Below are positions 52,796-64,000 of a stretch of 64,000 nt of DNA, in pieces. The stretch comes from Balanoglossus misakiensis. Taxonomy: Eukaryota > Animalia > Hemichordata. The stretch spans positions 19,639,028 to 19,703,027 of the forward strand of contig CM082576.2 of NCBI GenBank assembly GCA_040954595.2, read 5' to 3'. The number at the start of each line of letters is the position of its first letter. Within the stretch, counting starts at the first letter, position 1. Made by a program: the position numbers and the translations under genes. The notes under the pieces are model-generated. The model was not told the DNA's origin and ran no database searches. It was given only the letters and a program-made list of their open reading frames with translations.

Positions 52796-54046
52796 AGCCA
52801 TGTATGCATGTGTTTGTGTGTGTGTGTACATGTGTGTATGCATGTTACATGTATATATGGATGTATGTCTGCCCTGATCCAAAACATGAAACCACGCTTT
52901 TTTTATTTTGGTGTGTAGATGGGATTTTGCTTAAATGAAGTTGTCATTGCAAAAATACGCAAATAACCTGTGAAATATGTGGAATTGATCAAAACTCAAC
53001 AACTGGTTAGACTGCTTTGAACATTTGTATGCATGTAGGTAATGTCATCATACCTGATATACTTTGAGTTTATATCGTGAATTGTCTATTTTTTATGCAA
53101 TTATTTTGTCTTGTTTTACCATTTGAAAAAAAATCTTTTCCTCTTAAAGAGAATGGCTGATTTCTTTAGAATTTAGTATGACACTTCCGGTAGGTGATCT
53201 TAGTTGGTTTTGTTTAAATTGTCGCAGAATTTGTAATCTGTCATTTTTGGTCAAAATTCATTTTCTGAGAAACTCCTTAGATTGCTTTTAAATTTTGGTA
53301 TGCTTGTTCCAAGAGGTAACCCAAGTAATGTTGTATATCATTTTGGTGAAATTTACATATTGTGGTCTTGGGGCAATTTTTGCAATTTGTATTCTTTGAA
53401 ACTACTAGTCAGATTGCTTTCAACTTTGGGAGGCGTGGTGATTGAAGTAGATATTATACAATTTGTTGATAGTTGGATAGATGTGGTTTGAGGCAGTTTT
53501 TGTCATTGTTGAATGTTGTTTTCCCTAAAATACTTGTCTGGTTCCTTTGAAATGTTCTTACAGTAGGTCATATCTGCTTGCCAATGTCACATGATTTTTC
53601 CCATGAACACAGACATACCTAATTTTGTGGAATCCCCAGATGGGACCACAGTGTGTAATAACCTGACCAACAGTGACTAGTATATCCTGTGTGTTATACA
53701 GTACTTCTCACAAGGTTGAAGTACATGTAGACTGTTGATGATTTTTTGCGATTCTTCAGAAACTTACAATACAGAGTCTAATGTGGTAACGTCCATGGTC
53801 ACATTAGTCCTGTTTCAAAATGACCTACATTACACGTCCTATACACATGTTCTGCATGTTATGATTGGTTTATCCGCTTCACTTAGGTCCACTTGCGGCA
53901 CGCTGATTGGAGGGACCTTGTAGGTTAGGTCTTATTATTATGTATTATTCACTAGACCTTGTAGGTTAGGTCTTATTACTATGCATTTTTCGCTTTACAG
54001 CTCCCTGATTGGTTAACGTGTCAGTCTGGTCCCCCATGTGTTCACT

Positions 54047-57000
54047 GCCAACCAATCATGGTTATGAGAAACCTCCAAAATACAATGTATCGATATTTAC
54101 TGCATCTGTTCATACTTCGCCCGCGCTTTAAAAACCCTATAGCTGCTAAAATTGGCATATTTTTTTCCAGAGTAAAATACTTCATATGTATATTCCCTAT
54201 TCCCTAAAATCTTCACCCGTGACCATTGAGCCATATTACTTGCATTTGCATTGGTTTGTCATAACTTGGCGTCGCATTTCACGATAGCTGCTTAGCTGCT
54301 ATTGTTTGTATGAAGGCTGATTAAATCGGTGAGGCACCGTTTTAATACATAGCATGTTCCAATTGCAACATGCAGTCACAATCGGGCATCGATAAGATGT
54401 TTATGTATACCTATCAGTAAGCTTATTTTGATGAACCAATTTAAGTTGGAAAATAAAATCATGAAAATAATGCTAAAAGTGGCAGCTTTGGAGGCTTTAA
54501 ACTACAGTTCTCCCAAATTGTCTTGACTAAATGACATACATGTGGTCAAAAGTTCTGACTGCAGAAGAGGTTGCAGCTGTGAGGGGGACTGTTCAATTGG
54601 AGGAAATATATTTACAAGGAATAAAGACAATATTGAAATGGCAGCAGAAATAGTTCCTACTGAAAAGAATGCTATCTGCAGTGAGTATCACAACTTTAAA
54701 ATGAAAGATTTTGCAAATTTAAAAAAAATATTGAGTGTTTTGACATGCGTCAGTGGTCAGTAACACACAAGCTGCATGATAAGAGGGTCACGAGAAATTG
54801 TAAGCCGCAATGTATAATGGATTAACTCCATGACCTATGCGACCTACGAACTGTGACGTACAGAATTTATTTCTACGTGTAATGCGGTCTGCGGCAGTGA
54901 GCCACAGACCGCATTGCGAGAGCAGTGAGAATTCACCACAATGCAAACTTTCTGAACGTAGGTTGATCTTCGAATGAAATATTACCTTGTCACCAGTTTT
55001 CCACATGGCTACACTGTAAAATTGGGTGACGTGTTCGTTCACAAGTGGAATAATTGTGAGTAGTAAAGCACGCGAAGTTAAGCAACGAGCACGTTTTGAA
55101 ATGCGCGCAGATGATCCCAGTTTAGCAAATTCAGGCCATTGCGTGCATGCAAAATAAAATAATACTGTACCGGGGGTGAGCCTACTTTCTTTCCATACAG
55201 ATACACGTATATGTTGGTTAAGGTATGTGACAAACAGTTTTCATGTAACAGCCAGTGATGCTGACCATAAAACCAGCGCAGCTGATGCTTTCATCTACAA
55301 TTTGCAACATGGACGTTTGTGTCTCTGCATGTGTCGTGCATGTTACTGCTGAACAAAAAAGATATGCGGGCACCACAGGCTGGCGAAAGCGGTGCTCACG
55401 TGCTCTGCAAGCTGATGTTGTCACTAAATTGGCAAAGTATTGTACACATGGAGGAGTTTCTTGAGCTGTCTGTTGTATAAATGTCGGTTGTGAGTACATT
55501 ATTTTTTATTTTATTTTAATAATTTTCAAAGCCCCTATGATTGAAGCATATTATTACGACTCAACCGTTCATCATTCATTCATTCATTCATTCATTCATT
55601 CATTCATTCATTCATTCATTCATTCATTCATTCATTAATTCATTCATTCATTCATTCATTCATTCATTCATTCATTCATCCATTCAGTCAGTCACTGTAC
55701 CAATTGAAGACGCCCTTGTATAGGAGAATTTAGCTATGTACTGACTGTCTTTTCATTTTTTCTTCATCCTATAGAATCTACCGACCTGGTCGCTGTCAAT
55801 AACAATTCAACTCCTTAAACATCCTGTGTGTGTGAAGTCTATGAACACTGGCCATGCATTTCAATTCAAGGACAAAATGAATGCGCAATATTTCGTTTTA
55901 TCGAGAGTAATGTGCAGTGATTAAATTTGCTAGGGCTCTCTTAGCAGATTTGGAGTTAGTCATTTTGGTAGAAACTTTTCGAGATGGGAAATCTTTGGTC
56001 ATCTAACCAAGTTATTTGTATTTTTGTTATATAAGACAGAGTCATTTCTATATCATAGATGCAAGTTTAATTTATAACATGAATTTGAATAAAATATTTT
56101 TTTTAAATATCACCACATGAATTTGAATAAAATATTTTTTTTAAATATCACCAGATTGAAATCTTTGGAAGTTTGCACTTAGAGGGATGGCTGGAACTTC
56201 TCGAAAAATTGAGAGCCGGATTTCATAAATGCTCATGTTTTCCGAAGGGCTGAAAGAAGATCCAGAGTGGAATATTTAAATTTGCCTGTGGCAGACATCA
56301 TAGTGGCTGCCAGTTATTCTATTTCTTGTGCAAGAGATAGTATCTTGTTCCAGCGAGATGTTTTCTCGTGTGCACGAGAAACATGCTATCTCGTGCATAT
56401 CTCGTGCGCACGAGAAAATTGCGAGCGCACTCGTGTTCACGAGAAAATATCACATGCACACGTAAGTCGTGCGCACGAGATAAAAAAATGTGCCCTGTAG
56501 TCTTTCTTAGGACATGGTAGCGTGACGTCGCATTGTAATTAACGGACGATCTTGGAAATTCGGCTATTAATGGTGAATGGACTTTCGCCTCCTTCGAACA
56601 ACAACAGAGACTGACGTCGCAACAATGACAGAAAAAGTGAAGCAAATGGCCGACAAAACGAAGAGAATCGGAAAACGGGCAGGATCCTCGGCACAGACAT
56701 CTGGGAATAATACCACCACATCAAATAGAACGACGAGTAGTGCAGGACAAACCGCCACCAGTGACTATGACAACAAGTCTGAAGGCGATGCTGGCGAACC
56801 CTTGCACAATACAACTACAGTCCTACAGAGAAATGCAGCCCAGCGCCACTCAAGATTTTCCATTCCTGGTCTGGCAGCAGCCAAAATATGTTGTTGTTTT
56901 TTCTCTTAGAAGCGACCTCAGTCTGAGCTGCATGAGAATAAACTGTAGGTTGGGAATACAACAAAAAAACACGCAGTCGCTGCGGTCAACACGTAGCTAT

Positions 57001-60000
57001 TAGTTTCGGTTTTATGTTCGCTACAGCTCGGAAACCAAAATGTGGTACAACTTCAAGCTACATAAACTGGAAAGCATAGTACGTGCAGAGCAGACCATGG
57101 TGACGAAAGCAGGTATTCTAGGTCGTAAGATAAAAACACGGCGCTAGAAAAACAGTCATCAAAAGTTGCACGTGTTCCCCGGCCAAAAATAATGTAATTG
57201 TTGGCGCACAGAAAGTCCAGTCGATAAACGTTTACGCTATAGAAACTCACTCTCTCAGCAAAAGTCTGACACCCTCGTCAATGACAAAACGCAAACCGAG
57301 CTGGGTATGATCAAGTCAAACATAGGGCCAATCCCCACTCTGTGTTTTATTATTTTCCACATACGATGGTTCTAAATAAAAATGTACCTATTTGAAATGC
57401 TTACCGAGGTAAGATCATTGAAAGTTTTCAAACGTTGATGACAAATGTATAACTGATTTTTTACAAATGAATAATCGCGCACTTGCATGTTATTTTCTCT
57501 ATACCAGACACCGCGCGCGCGCCGTTGGCAAAAAAAAAACGCGGAAAATTATTGAGCATGCGCAGTCGATACTTCACATTGTAAACAAGATGGCGTCGCT
57601 GCCTATGCTTCTCGACCGCTGTCGCCTGACTATGTCGGCAAAGAAGAGACGAATTTAACCATGCAACGCCATATCGGAAGACAGAATGATCGCGAGATGA
57701 AACCGGGCTATCCAACGATTAGGCAGCCATGTTGACTGATTGGTATGTCGCCGAAGTAATTATTTGCCATTGATTTGTTTACCAGAAACGGTTTGCCTTT
57801 GGAACACATTTGGCCTCACCGAAATTGATTTCAGAGGTTTTTTCCCAAAAACTAATGACGTTCGTTTTCACCTGAGTGCGAGGATGGATTGAAGGGACAC
57901 AAGCTTTTGTAGCCACCAATATTTTGACACTCTTTATATCAATGTTGAGCTGGCATATTTGCTCCAATATGATGTAGTGTACCTGTTGCATTGAAATGAA
58001 GCTGTAATAATATTACAGTGCAATCTAGTCCTTTGGGTTAATAGGAAAACGAGGTCAATAAATGACAGGTTTATTTAAATACAGGATATATTTATCACAA
58101 GCACTTATGCATATGTATGAGATACTTATTTATTTTTAATTTATTTTTTATTTTTTATTTATTTTGTACGTTCAGGTAATCATATGGATTTGTATGGAAT
58201 CACATACACATTAATTGAAGACTATCATATCACAGAAGTCGAGCCGCCAGATGTGTAAGGTAACCATTTAGGTTTCATGACTAAGTTTGTTTAAGAATTC
58301 ATAAAGCTACCCAATGAATGAATTTCCTTAAAATTTCACAAATGTGACAGAGTTTGCAGTTGTGCAAGAAAGTGTGTATTATTCACATAAGAATTGTTTC
58401 GTATGCATTTTTCTGATGGCAATGCATTTGACTGTAAACAAATATGGATGTCAGTTAGTAGTGCTATTTTGTCAGTGAAATGGCTTCATCATCATCCCTC
58501 CAACCAAAGTTGAAACAGAGTTGCAAATATTGCACAGCTTGAAATCATAAAATGTTGCAAAATTGAACCAACCCTTTGGTCAACGATTATGTTCTTACAG
58601 CTATTATTAGAACCAGACAGTCTCAGGGAACAAGAGACATGGGCCTGATTTGCAAGTTGAGTTGAACTGCCTTTGCCTGCCCACGGACGCCCCAATTTCA
58701 GCAAAAATTATTGCATTAAAATATGAGTATGGAGAACTATGCTCTGTGTTTCTTTTGTTAGCTTACATAGCTGTTGTCATTCTAGTTTTTCCTCCGTCCT
58801 GTGAGCAGAGTTTCAGTTGCGAAAACCGACAGTTCTCAAAGTACAAAAGTACACCTAAATTGCCTCGGTGATGAGCATGCAGAATTTATCTGATGCTTCT
58901 TACTGGCAGAAGGACCCCACCAGTTGCAGATTGTGAATTCCATGGCACAAGGGAATTTACGCTTTGCGTTCAAATATAAATAATTAAATCCTGTAAAATT
59001 ATTCTATATGTTATTTATTGATGATTCAAAAGTGTTATGACTGATTGTGTTAGAGTACCTGTATTCCATATAAGCATGCTGTCAGTGCACATCCGATTGA
59101 TAACAATTTCACATTTTTAAAAATTTGCTTCTCTGAATAATTATGAATACATAAAACTTCATATGATATAAATTGATAAACATTAAACCCCGATGCGTGG
59201 TATAAAAGACCCCCCAAATCAGTGGCGAATCTTAATACCGTTTGACTGACAACAGACAACACCAACGATCTTGGCTCTATGAAAATCGGCCCAAACAGAT
59301 CCAAGCATAAAGAATTACACCACACAACGACAGTGGTTGGCTTTATAAACACACACAACATAAAGTTATCGATGAAAAAGTACACGAGCTTTTGAAACAA
59401 CGATGATTTTGGGAGAAATCTGGTTTCAGTGCTTTTCAGAAGCATCCCTGGGAAACAATAACCACGCCATTCAAACAGCTGTCAATCGCATAGAGGTGTA
59501 AAGTGTTCAATTATTTTCTATGTACATGAGATCAATTACACAGTTATTATGCACGACGACCACTCCCAAATAAACAACTGTACAAACACACGTTAATCCG
59601 AACCCCAGTACTTTCCGCACCGGGGTTTAAGGCCTAATGCTAGTGTCACAACATTGATTACCAGACCGTTTCCCTCTGTATGTATGTATGTATGTATGTA
59701 TGTATGTATGTATGTATGTATGTATGTATGTATGTATGCAGCCATGTATGCATGTGTTTGTGTGTGTGTGTACATGTGTGTATGCATGTTACATGTATAT
59801 ATGGATGTATGTCTGCCCTGATCCAAAACATGAAACCACGCTTTTTTATTTTGGTGTGTAGATGGGATTTTGCTTAAATGAAGTTGTCATTGCAAAAATA
59901 CGCAAATAACCTGTGAAATATGTGGAATTGATCAAAACTCAACAACTGGTTAGACTGCTTTGAACATTTGTATGCATGTAGGTAATGTCATCATACCTGA

Positions 60001-60989
60001 TATACTTTGAGTTTATATCGTGAATTGTCTATTTTTTATGCAATTATTTTGTCTTGTTTTACCATTTGAAAAAAAATATTTTCCTCTTAAAGAGATTGGC
60101 TGATTTCTTTAGAATTTAGTATGACACTTCCGGTAGGTGATCTTAGTTGGTTTTGTTTAAATTGTCGCAGAATTTGTAATCTGTCATTTTTGGTCAAAAT
60201 TCATTTTCTGAGAAACTCCTTAGATTGCTTTTAAATTTTGGTATGCTTGTTCCAAGAGGTAACCCAAGTAATGTTGTATATCATTTTGGTGAAATTTACA
60301 TATTGTGGTCTTGGGGCAATTTTTGCAATTTGTATTCTTTGAAAGTACTAGTCAGATTGCTTTCAACTTTGGGAGGCGTGGTGATTGAAGTAGATATTAT
60401 ACAATTTGTTGATAGTTGGATAGATGTGGTTTGAGGCAGTTTTTGTCATTGTTGAATGTTGTTTTCCCTAAAATACTTGTCTGGTTCCTTTGAAATGTTC
60501 TTACAGTAGGTCATATCTGCTTGCCAATGTCACATGATTTTTCCCATGAACACAGACATACCTAATTTTGTGTAATCCCCAGATGGGACCACAGTGTGTA
60601 ATAACCTGACAAACAGTGACTAGTATATCCTGTGTGTTATACAGTACTTCTCACAAGGTTGAAGTACATGTAGACTGTTGATGATTTTTTGCGATTCTTC
60701 AGAAACTTACAATACAGAGTCTAATGTGGTAACGTCCATGGTCACATTAGTCCTGTTTCAAAATGACCTACATTACACGTCCTATACACATGTTTTGCAT
60801 GTTATGATTGGTTTATCCGCTTCTCTTAGGTCCACTTGCGGCACGCTGATTGGAGGGACCTTGTAGGTTAGGTCTTATTATTATGTATTATTCACTAGAC
60901 CTTGTAGGTTAGGTCTTATTACTATGCATTTTTCGCTTTACAGCTCCCTGATTGGTTAACGTGTCAGTCTGGTCCCCCATGTGTTCACT
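54047..60989 (+). repeat. Tandem segmental duplication, copy B (lacks about 47382-49244)
   Basis: Near-identical to copy A. Junction GATGGC|TGGAAC at about 56191 joins 47381 to 49245. Carries peptide exons 3 (55201-55222) and 4 (from 55775) but not exons 1-2. Confidence 0.97.
59187..59626. mobile_element. Duplicate of the 440-bp TTAA MITE
   Basis: Same TIRs and TTAA flanks as 52243-52682. Confidence 0.85.
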
Positions 60990-62243
60990 GCCTCATAATA
61001 CAGGACCTTGTAGGTTAGGTCATATTAATATGTATTTATTCACCATACAGCTCCCTGATTGGTTAACGTGTCAGTCTGGTCTCCCAGTGTTCACTGCCTC
61101 ATTGTGAAATGTCCCATGTGCTTCCTGGCTAGCGTTGTGGTAACACATTATTCGGTATGTCCGCAGATCATTCATTAATTTTCTGAGAAATAGCCTGACT
61201 GATACTATCTCCAACATAAACTGCACCCTGGAAAGATTAAATGATTTTTAGATGGACTTTGAAAACTGATTAACACATCTAAGCATTTTTGCTAACAGTT
61301 GTATATTTTCTTAAATCACCCTCCTACTTCTCATCATCAATATTATTATTGTTGTTTTACTATTTTAAAGTAAATTTGTTTTGACGTAGATGTTGTGAAA
61401 AGGAGTACGTTGTCTGTTTATACATTCGTATATTGTTTTCATAAAAATGGAACTATGACGGTGCAGCTTCGTGAAAGAAGTACAATAAAAGTAATCATAC
61501 CTGTAAAGCAACTAATGAGGTATCCCAATTAAAGAAATGCAATGCTATTCTAAACAGTTCTATTGTAAGATATTTTTGGTTTACTCGAATGAATAGCACA
61601 CACTTCGTATTCAGCCAGGTGTTACACGAAGTGATGCGCTGAAAAGCATTACGTAACAAAACACTAGCCCATTTCAACAAACCGCCACTGGAAATAAAAT
61701 AAAAAAATTCTCCTGGCAATTTTTATTTCGAGTATCTAGTTCACAGTATCACAAAAAAATGCCATGAATAGTGAAGGAAATGTTAAATCCAATCATTATA
61801 TGAGTGCCTTTCTTTATACACTGGGATCGAGCTTCGACAACGCGCAGGCAGCATGCCAGACAGAATACGACAACTGTATTCAGAAAGTACAAAAGACTTT
61901 GCATAACGAGGCAGTGAAAATTGGAGACCTACACATTAACCAATCAGGGAGCTGACAATTGAATAAATGCATGTTAATAAGACCTAACCTACAAGGTCCT
62001 GCATAATGAGGCAGTGAACACTGGAGGACCAGACCTACACATTAACCAATCAGGGAGCTGTAAAGTGAATAATACATAGTAATAAGACCTAACCTACAAG
62101 GTCTAGTGAATAATACATAATAATAAGACCTAACACATAAGGTCCCTCCAATCACCGTGCCTCAAGTGGACCTAAGATTACCAGATGGACCAATCACAGA
62201 TGTCGGTACATATGTCATGGACCTGACTTATGAAACAGGACCG
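60749..62243. mobile_element. Foldback element of about 1.5 kb with modular long inverted repeats, inserted at TT
   Basis: Arms about 60750-61110 vs 61895-62241, built from GACCTTGTAGGTTAGGTC and CAGCTCCCTGATTGGTTAA subrepeats. Absent from the left arm of P3, where the empty site reads CACATTCAGAA (reverse strand, near 41330). Confidence 0.8.
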
Positions 62244-63204
62244 TTCAGAACTACCTAGTCTATGCCCGGCAGTGTTCTGTTCGCTTTGCTTCCAAAACTA
62301 ATGTCTGGCCTCACTCATGCCACTTGCCCAATAAACTAATACCCCTTGCTGGGAATTATGATGTAACTAGCGTCGCTTTGAAGCCTATCACATTACTGAA
62401 CAGTGTTGATTTGGTGTAAGATTATAGTGAAGGCAGGGCTTATTACATTGAAAATGCTACCCAACCTTAATTACACGTATGTATATCCTTTGTCTAATCA
62501 TTGGAAAAACAATGTACATGTACCAAAGACTAAGTAGCTATTTGAAGGTGAATCGCAAGTGGGCACTTTTATTACTTAACCTCAAGCAGTCGGTTAGCTA
62601 CCGTATACTAAGACAAACATTCCTGGTGTAATTAACATCACTGTCATTAGTAATATCTATCTCCAATCAGTATCAGTTCTGCCTTTATGTTATTTTAAGT
62701 CAATTGTCAAGGTTCATGTACATATATTACAGCTTAACTGTCTTGTCAAAAACTTACGCATGTACATGTACCTAATTCTAGGCTTACCTGTAGGGTTAGA
62801 GATACAGTGTTTTATATTAATATGCATTAATATGAAACTAAAATTTGATGGTTAATTTAAGACCCCCCTGAGCAATGGTAACCTCGTTAAATATGTGCAT
62901 ATCTAATTCTAGGCTATTCAGCTGAAGTAGAAACCTGGACATGGACAACTTCGGGGTCAAAATCTTTTGACAAACATTTGTGTGATCTTGGGTAAACTTT
63001 GACCTACATTCCTATATTTTAGCATCCGGAGCAGATACAACCTTGACACTTGGAGTGATGGAACTATTTGATTGAGTATTATGTCTTGCCTCATTAATTA
63101 TGTACTTACCTAATGCCAGCCTAACCAATAGGGCTGGAAGTCTGGCTTTTTGGACATGATAAATTTGAGATCAACATTTTTCTACAGCAGCCAGCCTTCT
63201 CTTA

Positions 63205-63470
63205 AAAAGAATGGACAATATAAAGGCTTTGATGGTATACTGAACTTTTGACTCCCTCCCTGAGACTGTGTGCCAATGACGGGATAGCCTACTCAGCGTT
63301 GGGTAGATCCTAAGAAGGCCTCAGCCAGGCATCAAATACAAAAAGCGGAAATCCAAGCTTTAATGGTGGGTTACATCGTTAACTTCCCTGCAGAGCTGAT
63401 TTCTCAGACTGTGAGCCAATGACGGGTAAAGCCCCTAGGTAGGGGCCACCTAAGACAGGCCGGTCATGCT
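63205..63470 (+). other. Hyper-conserved core with two related stem-loops (candidate structured RNA); inverted copy at 40120-40385
   Basis: Two mismatches counted between copies in about 265 bp. Motif GACTGTGWGCCAATGACGGG..CCTAAGA..GGC occurs twice with different but pairing stems. Confidence 0.4.
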
Positions 63471-64000
63471 TTAATCACAAAGAAGGGCAAGTTTAGTCTT
63501 ACCACAACTTTGTCTGCTGTATATGCTTCATAAAGATTGCAGAGTATTTTGAGAATACATTGTGTTAAGGCAGTGTGACCAGCTAAAAAGTACTGGCAAA
63601 CACAGCCAATGTGTAATGAAAAACATCTAATTTGGCTGAATAAAAGACATAAAACACAGCAAAAGCACTGTGACTAGCTGAGACATAATACTCCATTATG
63701 CAGTTCCATCACTCCAAGTGTCAGGGATGTATCTGTGCCGGATGCCAAGATATAGGAATGTAGGTCAAAGTTTACCCAAGATCACCCAACATTTTGTCAA
63801 AAGATTTTGACCCCAAAGTTGTCCATGTCCAGGTTTCTACCGCAACTGGATAGCCTAGAATTAGATATGTACATATTTAATGAGGTTACCATGGATCAAG
63901 GCAGTCCTAAGTAAACCATCAAATTTTTAGTTTCATGTTAATTCATGTTAATATAAAACGCTGTATCTCTAACCCACTGGTATGCCATTCTGTGTTTCAT

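Larger units (their letters stand above)
45272..54046 (+). repeat. Tandem segmental duplication, copy A (8775 bp)
   Basis: Identical ORFs recur at offset 8775 (45767/54542) and about 6945 (49631/56577). GCC microhomology at the junction. Confidence 0.97.

Noticed and set aside
63260-63465. SECIS, hammerhead, HDV-like or twister identity for the stem-loops
   Set aside because: The ATGA-to-AA spacing is too short for SECIS and unit A lacks the AA; no CTGANGA/GAAA core or required pseudoknot pairings were found by eye.

Overview
AT-rich, repeat-dense eukaryotic genomic DNA, most likely a marine invertebrate (inferred from the TE families, GT-AG introns and repeat style; the species cannot be fixed from sequence). 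No prokaryotic features or CRISPR. The window is built from large imperfect palindromes: P1 (about 484-4030 vs 8195-22500), P2 (22122-22583 vs 24072-24519) and P3 (39589-44282 vs 50606-64000, running off the end), plus a near-identical tandem duplication (45272-54046 / 54047-60989). Contents: (1) three broken, inversion-scrambled copies of a spliced gene for a tandem OB-fold (RPA/SSB-like) protein; (2) a nest in which a 309-bp tandem array holds an L2/CR1-type LINE, which in turn holds an LTR element with CG..CG ends and a 3-bp TSD (Troyka-like) and a non-autonomous piggyBac; (3) a Gypsy element with identical 204-bp LTRs but a broken pol; (4) several MITEs and two tRNA-like heads; (5) in the centre of P3, a predicted four-exon gene absent from the ORF track, encoding a 69-aa secreted precursor (signal peptide, RR site, QDVNGDTRICWLRIYRPGRCQ); (6) a hyper-conserved core of about 265 bp with two covarying stem-loops. 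All alignments were done by eye, so boundaries of degenerate repeats are approximate.
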